Of a DNA stretch of 64,000 bases, positions 42,752 through 50,414 are shown piece by piece. The stretch spans positions 29,972-93,971 of the forward strand of contig CAUTSC010000003.1 in the NCBI GenBank assembly GCA_963541275.1, in the 5' to 3' direction. This stretch comes from an uncultured Pseudomonadota bacterium (GTDB taxonomy: Bacteria > Pseudomonadota > Alphaproteobacteria > Rs-D84 > CACZYB01). Each line of letters starts with the position of its first letter. The first letter of the stretch is position 1. Position numbers and translations under genes: made by a program. Under the pieces are notes generated by a model that saw only the letters and a program-made list of their open reading frames with translations, was not told the DNA's origin and made no database searches.

Positions 42752-43237
42752 ATGAAAAAATCGAAAAACAAGTATGCAATTTTGCTGGGGTTATTGCTTT
42801 GTAAATCCGGTTCTTTTGGTGCAAGCGAGACGACAAAGAAGCTTATACATGAGACGCTTGCAAAATACGGAATAAGTTCCGGTGGTAAGGAAGTTTGCGG
42901 TACGGGACGAGAGCCAGAATATAACAAACAAACAGGAATAGTAAAATGCAAAAACAATGCAGATGGCGACAGTAATAACTGCTGGGATGCAAGTTCCAGA
43001 TTATGTAAAGAATGTCCATCTGGTACAATAGTTAGTTCAAAAGATCACATAACCTGCAGACAAATTGTATGTCCAGATGGATTTGAGCTTAAAGAAATAA
43101 TAAACAACGAATGCCCAGAAGGTTTTGAAATCAAATGGTTTGATGAAACTTGTGATGGAGATACTGATGTCTTTAATGAATCTATGGCAACAAAAAATTA
43201 CACCACTCAATCAACAAATTGTAAAAATGTAAAATAA
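42752..43237 (+). CDS. secreted Cys-rich protein, type 2 (CPxG(F/Y/M)E repeats)
   Basis: Signal peptide and the shared N-terminal motif ETTKKLIHETLAKYGISSGGKEVCG, then CKECPSGT, VCPDGFELK and ECPEGFEIK repeats. It is a paralog of 59470..59988. Confidence 0.75.
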   Translation: MKKSKNKYAILLGLLLCKSGSFGASETTKKLIHETLAKYGISSGGKEVCGTGREPEYNKQTGIVKCKNNADGDSNNCWDASSRLCKECPSGTIVSSKDHITCRQIVCPDGFELKEIINNECPEGFEIKWFDETCDGDTDVFNESMATKNYTTQSTNCKNVK

Positions 43238-43251
43238 AAAAGGAGGAAACT

Positions 43252-44031
43252 ATGAGAAAAAATAAAATAAGTAAATTAGCATTGTTAACAGGCTTGTTAA
43301 TAATAAACACAAACACAAAAGGATTTTATCAATGTGTACCAAAAGAGGATTGGTTGATATATTTCGTTAGAAAGCATCAAGGAACAGAATGGGTTAAAGT
43401 TCTAGATCTTCAAATAAGTTCTCCTTTAGATAAATTTAAAGGATATTTGGAACCTGGAAGATATAGGGTTAAAGCAGCGGGTGCAGGTGGAAAAGAAGAA
43501 AAACGAAGTTTTTATCTTAGACAAAAAGCTGAATTTAAAGCTTGTGTAGGTGCAGGAGGAGGTAATGGGATGAATTATAGTACCTCCAACTGGCCTGGAG
43601 GAGGTGGGGGTGGGGGAGGTAGAGGTTATAGTGGTTATTACTGTGGAGGTACTGGGGGTGGTGGTGGAATTAATACTGGAGGCTGTGCTAGTTGTGGAGG
43701 TAGAGGTTGTAATGGTGGAAATTCTGGAATGAGTGGATTTATCACATTTAGTAGTGTGGGTACTGGTTATGGTGTCGGCTATGGAGGAGAACATGGTGGA
43801 ATCCAAGGTTTATCTCATCGTGGTTATGGTGGTTATGGTTGTTATGGTGGAGGGGGTGGTTCTTCTGGAGATAATAACGGGTTAGGTGGGGGAGGCGGTG
43901 GTGGTGGCGGAAGTTATTTCAAAGTTGGTGATATTGAACTTATTTTAAAAGGTGCTGATGGATCCTATGGCTGGGAAGGTGGTAGTGGTGCAGGCTTTGA
44001 TGGTTATGTAATACTTGAAAAATTGGAGTAA
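43252..44031 (+). CDS. secreted glycine-rich protein (Gly_rich / ALK-LTK GlyR-like candidate)
   Basis: The start is 14 nt after the preceding stop, preceded by an aggagg RBS. It has a signal peptide and the motifs FYQCVPK, GRYRVKAAGAGG and FKACVGAGGG, then multiple poly-G blocks and a C-terminal DGYVILEKLE. It is a paralog of 60008..60931. Confidence 0.75.
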   Translation: MRKNKISKLALLTGLLIINTNTKGFYQCVPKEDWLIYFVRKHQGTEWVKVLDLQISSPLDKFKGYLEPGRYRVKAAGAGGKEEKRSFYLRQKAEFKACVGAGGGNGMNYSTSNWPGGGGGGGGRGYSGYYCGGTGGGGGINTGGCASCGGRGCNGGNSGMSGFITFSSVGTGYGVGYGGEHGGIQGLSHRGYGGYGCYGGGGGSSGDNNGLGGGGGGGGGSYFKVGDIELILKGADGSYGWEGGSGAGFDGYVILEKLE

Positions 44032-44063
44032 ATAAAAAAGAACTAAGTATTATAAGAAATGTT

Positions 44064-44605
44064 ATTTTATAAATATTCATTCAAATATTTTGCTTATAAC
44101 AAAATATTTGTCGTAAACGTAGTTTGCTATAATAAAAAATGGAAAAATATCTTAATAGATGACTTACATCCAAAATTTTTAAAATAGGTATTATTTTTAT
44201 AAATTATCATTCAAATGTTTTTATCAAAAACATTTGCCAAATTTTTGCATGCAAAAATTATATAAGGCATATATTCACTTTACAATTCTCGTTCCCATAT
44301 TTTTTTGCTGTTCTTTTTTATATTTTCTCTCCCTTCTTCCATGTTTCAAAAAATCGCAGAAATCCGCCATTTAAAAAATTTTTATAAAAAAATATAAGAA
44401 ATTTGTATTTTGTTCTTGACTTTTGAAAAATAGTGATTATATTATAACTAACGAAAGGGTGAACTATACCCAAAATTTCCAGAAAATAGAAAATTTTTTG
44501 AAAAAAAGTAAAAAAAAGTAAAAATTTTTTCACTTTCTCTCTTGAAATTTAAAAATTGGATACATATATATAATTAACCAAAGGGGTGAGGTGTATCAAA
44601 ATTGC
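44064..44605 (+). repeat. non-coding tail of module B: covarying AT-rich hairpins plus two tandem promoter-like units
   Basis: Hairpins at 44082-44110 and 44212-44236, and a palindrome at 44240-44258. The block 44195-44605 aligns with 61255-61660. TTGACT-N16-TATATT lies at 44416-44443 and TTGAAA-N17-TATATA at 44542-44570. Confidence 0.7.
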
Positions 44606-44749
44606 CTATAAAATAGGTAAGTTTTCAATAAATTAACTAATTTACTATCTTTTTGATATGTGTGAAAATGTTCATTATAAATTTTTGAACAGATAGTTTT
44701 TATTGAAAAAAAATAACAAATCATATATTTTAACAAGAAAGGAATTATT

Positions 44750-45949
44750 ATGAAAAATAAATTATCATTATTTATAGTTGGTGTGTTTGCAATCTTATCT
44801 GGTTGCAGTCTTCTTGGTGATAGAGAGCTTGGTATTGTAAATAAAAAGCGTTCTCAACGAGAGCTTGATAGAATACAGGCAGCAAAACAGGAAAGAGAAA
44901 GATTAAAAAATGGGAATTGGCAAAGTATTGATGACAGCCAGGTTGGTGTAAGGTCTACGAATGATGATCTTGGTTATGAATATAAAAAATCTGGTTTGAC
45001 AATTAAGAATAGAAGCAAGTTTGCTCAACCTATACCTAGAACTTTTGGACTAGATTTTGGAAGAATTTTTCAAAAAAGTGATGGACATGAAATTTCAGAT
45101 GATACAGAGATAAATGCAAGAAAAACTGCATTGGAACAATTTAAATTAAAAGATAAAGTTGGTGATTTGACACCAGCTCAAAAAGATATAATTAAAATGT
45201 TAAAACCAGATGCAAATGATAATACAAAATTTAATGAAGTTTTTGATAGTGTTGAAAAATATAATATATTGTTAGAACTTTTGAAAAAAGGGAAAGCTGG
45301 TGTACTTGGCAACAGGCTTGGTAAAGTAAAAAAAGAGTATATTGAGAAAAATAAATTGGAACAATATCGTCGTAAACTTGGTTTAAAATATTCGGATTTT
45401 GGTGTTTGGAATACATCATTTGATTTGTCAAAATTGGATGAAAATTGGAAAAAAGTGATTGAGAATTCAGGTGTTGCGAATTCTAAATATGAGTATTTTG
45501 CAATAGGGGACAGCAAGCATAAAGTCAATTTTGTTATAGATCATGAAAAAGATTTAACTTTTACTGGAAAAACAGTTGCTTCTGTTAGTAAAGGTGGTGC
45601 AATACAAGGATTCGGGGGTAATGTAGAGTTATCAGTATTAAAAGGACAAGCAACAGGAAAGTTTGATTTAAGTTTTTATGGTTGGTATAAATTTTCACTT
45701 GATAAATTGAAACTGGATGATTTTACAGCTGCTGCTGGTTCGAATTGGACAGTTAGTGGGGATTCTATGGATTCAAAATGGAAATTCAAGGATGCAGCAA
45801 CAAAAAATATAAATAATTTTACAATGAAAAGTGCATTTTTTGGAGATAATGGGAAATCAGAAGAAATAGTTGGAACCTATAAATTTACAGCAGAAAATGC
45901 AGGTGATAATTTTACAATCAATGGTGCCTTTGGAGCAAAAAAGAAATAG
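44750..45949 (+). CDS. surface lipoprotein with a TbpB-like C-terminal beta-barrel
   Basis: Lipobox ILSGCS. The C-terminus (FTGKTVASV...SAFFGDNGKSEEIVGTYKF...INGAFGAKKK) matches the signature ending of the TbpB/fHbp/HpuA-type 8-stranded barrel (aFyG...ee.gG.f....GaFGAkk). Confidence 0.6.
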   Translation: MKNKLSLFIVGVFAILSGCSLLGDRELGIVNKKRSQRELDRIQAAKQERERLKNGNWQSIDDSQVGVRSTNDDLGYEYKKSGLTIKNRSKFAQPIPRTFGLDFGRIFQKSDGHEISDDTEINARKTALEQFKLKDKVGDLTPAQKDIIKMLKPDANDNTKFNEVFDSVEKYNILLELLKKGKAGVLGNRLGKVKKEYIEKNKLEQYRRKLGLKYSDFGVWNTSFDLSKLDENWKKVIENSGVANSKYEYFAIGDSKHKVNFVIDHEKDLTFTGKTVASVSKGGAIQGFGGNVELSVLKGQATGKFDLSFYGWYKFSLDKLKLDDFTAAAGSNWTVSGDSMDSKWKFKDAATKNINNFTMKSAFFGDNGKSEEIVGTYKFTAENAGDNFTINGAFGAKKK

Positions 45950-45964
45950 TTTTATTTAAAATAA

Positions 45965-46702
45965 TTAAAAGTTTTCTTTTGAAAATTCGCCGGAAAGGAA
46001 AGTTTTAATACCATTTTTTGTGTCAATTATTATTGCTCCATCATTGTTTAAACCTATGAATTTACCGATGAATTTTTCATCATTAAAGATAAAGATTATA
46101 TTTTCATTTAATTTATAAAGATGTGGGTTAATTTTTTCTATTATTTTAAAAAAAGTTTTGGTGTTGCACAAGTTGATATTATCCATCAATTTTTGTGAAA
46201 GTGTTGTGATGATTTCTTCTCTTGTAAAAATTAAATTTTCTGCTTTTAAATTGGTTGCTGGGTATTTCATATCTTTATTTTCTGGATGAGAATTGATATT
46301 TAAACCTATTCCAATTATCGCAAAATTTTGTTCTTTTTCAATCAATATGCCACACAATTTTTTACTAGATAGTAAAATATCATTTGGCCATTTGATTTTT
46401 ATATTTGCATTTTTGTATTTATTTTTTATAACTTCTAACACAGAAAGGGCGGTTATAAATGAAAATTGTGAGAAATATTTTTCTTGGGTTTTAGTTAATT
46501 TTATAACATAAGTTATATATAAATTGCCAATTGGGCTTTCCCATTTTTTGTTTGTTTTGGTGGTTTGGCCTTTTGTTTGGGTGTTGGCAACAATGATGGT
46601 ATTTCCCTGATTTTTTTTATTTATTAAATTTTTTGCGAATAAATTTGTGCTGGGGATAGAATCAAAATGAATAAAAACAAAATTTGGAATTAAAAGCTTC
46701 AT
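45965..46702 (-). CDS. birA: biotin--[acetyl-CoA-carboxylase] ligase (group I, no HTH)
   Basis: WPNDILLSSKKLCGILIE and GIGLNIN blocks. The usual GRGRxGRxW loop is replaced by TKGQTTKTNKKW. Confidence 0.75.
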   Translation of the reverse strand: MKLLIPNFVFIHFDSIPSTNLFAKNLINKKNQGNTIIVANTQTKGQTTKTNKKWESPIGNLYITYVIKLTKTQEKYFSQFSFITALSVLEVIKNKYKNANIKIKWPNDILLSSKKLCGILIEKEQNFAIIGIGLNINSHPENKDMKYPATNLKAENLIFTREEIITTLSQKLMDNINLCNTKTFFKIIEKINPHLYKLNENIIFIFNDEKFIGKFIGLNNDGAIIIDTKNGIKTFLSGEFSKENF

Positions 46703-46982
46703 GATAGAGAATTTAAACTTATTTATTGTTTTTTCAACAAAAAATTCATATATAATAAAAGTGGTAAAAATAGTAATTTTTTTTATAAGGTTGTATCAAA
46801 TATTTATTTCTCCAATAATTGGAGGATTTTATAAATGTCGCTTTTATCCCAGATGTTCGGATTATTCAGTTGAAGTTTATAAAAATTTTGGTATTTTGAA
46901 AGGAACAATTTTAACAATAAAACGGATTATAAGATGTAATCCATTTTGCAAAGGTGGTATTGATTTACCGCCAAAAAGATAA
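46701..46982 (+). CDS. yidD: membrane protein insertion efficiency factor YidD
   Basis: YQIFISP...CRFYPRCSDYS...RCNPFCKGGIDLPP. It lies upstream of yidC. The start is uncertain. Confidence 0.85.
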   Translation: MIENLNLFIVFSTKNSYIIKVVKIVIFFIRLYQIFISPIIGGFYKCRFYPRCSDYSVEVYKNFGILKGTILTIKRIIRCNPFCKGGIDLPPKR

Positions 46983-46991
46983 GGAGATATT

Positions 46992-48644
46992 ATGGAAAAA
47001 AATATAACAAATAATAATTATAAAGTGCCAAGTTTTTGGCAGACGTTTTTTATAACTATGGCTGTATTTATGCTATTAAATTTATTTTTTGGTAATAAAA
47101 AAACAGATCTTAAAAGTGTAAGACCAAAATTTTCTGTGAAAAAAGATTTACCACCAAGAGATGTAAAATTTATAAAAAACGAAAATATTCTTGCAATGAT
47201 AAATACAAATGGTGTTAGGTTGGATGATTTAGTTTTTTTGAAATACAAGGAAAGTGTTGACAAGAATTCAAAAGCTATTTCTCATTTTAAACATAATTTA
47301 AAGGATGAAAATAAGTCATCATATGTTGAAATGGGATTTATTGCTGGTGATGATAATTTTGAAATGCCAAATTATAAAACGAGGTGGCAAGTTGTTAAAA
47401 ATGATGGGACAATTTTGAAATTATTGTGGAAATCAAAACAAAATTTAGAGTTTATTCGTGAAATAACACTTGATGATAAATATATGTTTACTATAAAAGA
47501 TAGTGTGAAAAATAATTCTAATAAACAAGTAGAGTTGTACCCATATTTTCGTGTTATAAATGTTGCTGATTTAGTTAAAAAAAATAAACCTATGATTCAC
47601 AATGGGTTTGTTGGATTTTTGAATGATAGACTTTACGAGTATGATTTTAATAAAATCAAAAATTCAAAAATAGATGATATAAATTCAAAATCTGGTTGGT
47701 TTGGTTTTGTCGATGATTATTTTATGACAATTTTTATTCCACAAAATAAAGATGCAAATTTTACAACGCGTGTTTTTGAGCTTGCATCTGGTGGTGAAAA
47801 TGAAAAAACAATTTCACAATTTCAAAGTGATTATATAAGTGATATGGTAGCACTTGGTAAAGGACAAAGTTTTTCAAATACTTCATTATTATATAGTGGT
47901 GTGAAAGATCAAAAAATAATAGATTTTTATCAAAAAAAATATGATATTTCAAAATTTGAATTAACAATAGATTATGGATTTTTCTATTTATTTACGAAAC
48001 CTTTTACGAAAATTTTAGAGATATTATTTTCTTTGACTGGCAATTTTGGTGTTGCGATAATTTTATTTACTATTTTAATAAGATTGCTGCTTTTCCCAAT
48101 TGCCCAAAAATCGTTTAGAAATTTAAAAAAAATGAGGGATTTACAACCAGAGCTTAAAAGGATTCAAGCTATGTATTCTCATAACAGACAACAAATGAAT
48201 ATTGAAATGGCAATGCTTTACAGAAAAAAACAAATAAATCCTTTATCTGGATGTTTGCCACTTGTTTTACAAATTCCAATATTTTTTGCCCTTTATAAAT
48301 CAATTTTGATTTCTGTTGATATAAGGCATGCGCCGTTTGTTTGGTGGATAAAGGATTTATCTGCACCTGATACAACAAGCATTTTTAATTTATTTGGATT
48401 ATTGCCATTTACCCCTTATTCTTGGCTGCCAACTATAAGTGTTATGGCAATTATTTTGGGTTTCACAATGCATTTACAACAAAAAATGCAACCAACACCA
48501 GGTATGGACCGGGCACAGCAAAAGATAATGAAATTATTGCCACTTATAATGATACTTGTATTTTCTGGGTTTCCAAGTGGACTGCTGCTTTATTGGAGTG
48601 TGAATAATATTTTAAGTGTAATTCAACAAAAGTTTGTAAAATGA
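46992..48644 (+). CDS. yidC: membrane protein insertase YidC
   Basis: Large periplasmic P1 domain plus a conserved C-terminal core (GCLPLVLQIPIFFALY, GLLLYWSVNNILSVIQQ). Confidence 0.95.
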   Translation: MEKNITNNNYKVPSFWQTFFITMAVFMLLNLFFGNKKTDLKSVRPKFSVKKDLPPRDVKFIKNENILAMINTNGVRLDDLVFLKYKESVDKNSKAISHFKHNLKDENKSSYVEMGFIAGDDNFEMPNYKTRWQVVKNDGTILKLLWKSKQNLEFIREITLDDKYMFTIKDSVKNNSNKQVELYPYFRVINVADLVKKNKPMIHNGFVGFLNDRLYEYDFNKIKNSKIDDINSKSGWFGFVDDYFMTIFIPQNKDANFTTRVFELASGGENEKTISQFQSDYISDMVALGKGQSFSNTSLLYSGVKDQKIIDFYQKKYDISKFELTIDYGFFYLFTKPFTKILEILFSLTGNFGVAIILFTILIRLLLFPIAQKSFRNLKKMRDLQPELKRIQAMYSHNRQQMNIEMAMLYRKKQINPLSGCLPLVLQIPIFFALYKSILISVDIRHAPFVWWIKDLSAPDTTSIFNLFGLLPFTPYSWLPTISVMAIILGFTMHLQQKMQPTPGMDRAQQKIMKLLPLIMILVFSGFPSGLLLYWSVNNILSVIQQKFVK

Positions 48645-49243
48645 AGATAAAAGATTTTTTTGCATCTATTCCAAAATTTGTTGGCGCATTTGATTCTGTG
48701 TATAATGTGCCTAATGTGAACGTCCCCGAAATTGCATTTATTGGGAAATCCAATGTTGGTAAATCTTCACTTATCAATGCGATTTTTGGATTCTCTATTG
48801 CAAAAACTTCTGCGACACCTGGGCGGACGCAAACGCTTAATTTTTTTAATCAAAATGATATGTTATCGATTGTGGATTTGCCAGGTTATGGTTTTGCAAA
48901 AGCTCCAAAAAATCTGGTTGCTGCATGGAATGAAAATGTAAATTTATATTTAAAAGGGCGAGTTCCATTGAAAAGAGTTTTTTTGTTGATAGATGTAAGA
49001 CGAGGAATACAGGAACACGATACAAATATGATGAAGATGCTTAATAATAACGCAGTGAATTATCAAATGATAATTACAAAATGTGATAAAGTAAAAGATG
49101 TTGAAGTTGAAAAAATTAAAAGTGATATTTTGGCAATTTATAAAGATAATCCCGCAATGCATCCACAAGTTATCACAACCAGCAGCGAAACAGGTACAGG
49201 TTTGCAAGAAATTCGTGGTGAAATTTTTGATTTAGTAAAATAA
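48641..49243 (+). CDS. engB: ribosome biogenesis GTP-binding protein EngB/YihA
   Basis: GKSNVGKSSLINA, DLPGYGFA and TKCDK. Confidence 0.92.
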   Translation: MKIKDFFASIPKFVGAFDSVYNVPNVNVPEIAFIGKSNVGKSSLINAIFGFSIAKTSATPGRTQTLNFFNQNDMLSIVDLPGYGFAKAPKNLVAAWNENVNLYLKGRVPLKRVFLLIDVRRGIQEHDTNMMKMLNNNAVNYQMIITKCDKVKDVEVEKIKSDILAIYKDNPAMHPQVITTSSETGTGLQEIRGEIFDLVK

Positions 49244-49263
49244 ACAATCTACATATATTTTGC

Positions 49264-49292
49264 TTGTATAACAGCTTTTTTTATTTTATCAT
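49264..49292 (+). promoter_or_regulatory. family promoter, locus C (TTGTAT-N17-TATCAT)
   Basis: Same hexamers and spacing as the promoters at loci B and D. Confidence 0.55.
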
Positions 49293-49298
49293 AAAACA

Positions 49299-49460
49299 TA
49301 GATAGAAGGGCGTGACAACCCGTATAATACTGGTGTTAAAGCAATGCTGGCACTATTTTCCTACTGTAATGGTAGGAGGGTGTAGGAATATGCAAGAATA
49401 CTGCACGCTATTTTGTATTATATAGTTGTCAACTTCCTATCGTAAAAAGGGAGAGACGAG
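49299..49460 (+). promoter_or_regulatory. conserved structured 5' leader, copy 2
   Basis: Helix halves TGACAAC (49313-49319)/GTTGTCA (49425-49431) and TATAATAC (49323-49330)/GTATTATA (49415-49422), plus the hairpin 49358-49378. Confidence 0.6.
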
Positions 49461-50315
49461 GTGGAGAACTATATAATTATCAAAAAAAATCTAATCAGAA
49501 TGTTGATTTTATCAATGTTGCCAACTGATGTGTTTTCTGCATCACCAGAAACAAAAAGTTTGATACAAAAAACTTTATCAAAATATTGTATTCCAAATGA
49601 TAAAAGTTTATGTAATACACCAGCAGAGGGTAAATACGATCCTAGTTTATCATTTTGTTTATGTAATGATGGTATGATATGGAATGGAACAGACAGAAAA
49701 TGTAATGATTGTAATGCTGGAACTTACTATAAGCAAAATATGAGAGATAATACATGCAAATCCTGCTCCCCAGGAAGTTATTCATGGTCTGGCGCTTCAA
49801 GTTGTACTTCTTGTTCCCCTGGAACTTATCAACCAAGTAGTGGTCAAGGTAGTTGTTTAAATTGTGATACAAGTAGTTGCTATACAAGTGGAGTTGGTGC
49901 AACAAGTTGTTATTATAGATGTGGAGGTGGGAGTCCATATTGTAATGGTAGTGGTAGTTGTGTAGAATGTACAAGTGATAGTCATTGTAGTGGCAATAGA
50001 ACATGCAGTGGTGGTAATTGTGTATGTAATATAAGTTGTTCGTGTGGAACAAATTATAGTGATTGTAGTTGTGAAAGCTGTCCAAGTTCAAGCAGTGATG
50101 ATAGTGGTTCTTCAGGATCATCAGGTAGTTCAGGTTCAGGTGGAGGCAGTGATTATTGCTCTAAACATCCAGAATCTACAGGTTGTTTAATTACTCATTG
50201 TATAGGTACTTTAGGATTTGGATGTGCGAGTCGTAGAAGAGAGTATGATAAAGCAAGAGGAAATAGTAGTAATAAAGACAAAAAAACTAAAAAACAAAAG
50301 AAGAAGAAAAAATAA
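49461..50315 (+). CDS. secreted Cys-rich repeat protein, type 1 paralog (GTG start, Lys-rich tail)
   Basis: The GTG occupies the same position relative to the gggagagacgag RBS as the ATG at the other loci. It has the same N-terminal motif and CxxCxxG(S/T)Y repeats as 37373..38281, and a C-terminal KKTKKQKKKKK. Confidence 0.72.
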   Translation: MENYIIIKKNLIRMLILSMLPTDVFSASPETKSLIQKTLSKYCIPNDKSLCNTPAEGKYDPSLSFCLCNDGMIWNGTDRKCNDCNAGTYYKQNMRDNTCKSCSPGSYSWSGASSCTSCSPGTYQPSSGQGSCLNCDTSSCYTSGVGATSCYYRCGGGSPYCNGSGSCVECTSDSHCSGNRTCSGGNCVCNISCSCGTNYSDCSCESCPSSSSDDSGSSGSSGSSGSGGGSDYCSKHPESTGCLITHCIGTLGFGCASRRREYDKARGNSSNKDKKTKKQKKKKK

Positions 50316-50414
50316 TTTTTTAGGATTGTTTTTTTATAATAAGAATTTTTTTCTAAATTTTGTAATTCAGGTGATGGATATGTTTATATATATAAATATA
50401 TGGGGTAGATTAAT

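Noticed and set aside
44064-44260. The possibility that the repeated hairpins form a CRISPR array.
   Set aside because: The repeat units differ in sequence and length, and their spacing is irregular (about 60-130 nt). There are no unique spacers of constant size and no cas genes.
44320-44370. A conserved mini-ORF on the minus strand in the module tails: MADFCDFLKHGRRERI here and MAEICDFLKRGRREKPHIDEE at 61374..61439.
   Set aside because: There is no Shine-Dalgarno sequence upstream. The two copies have different lengths and stops, and the substitutions are mostly non-synonymous. The conserved nucleotides (aaaatcgcaga..tccgccat) are more simply a non-coding motif. The 71-aa ORF 44318..44533 has no counterpart in module D.
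44447-44520. A short plus-strand ORF downstream of promoter-like unit 1 (..RVNYTQNFQ..), with two apparently synonymous differences between the module copies.
   Set aside because: Neither copy has a shared usable start codon: GTG directly abutting the putative SD in one copy, GTA in the other. The downstream sequence diverges and the stop positions differ.
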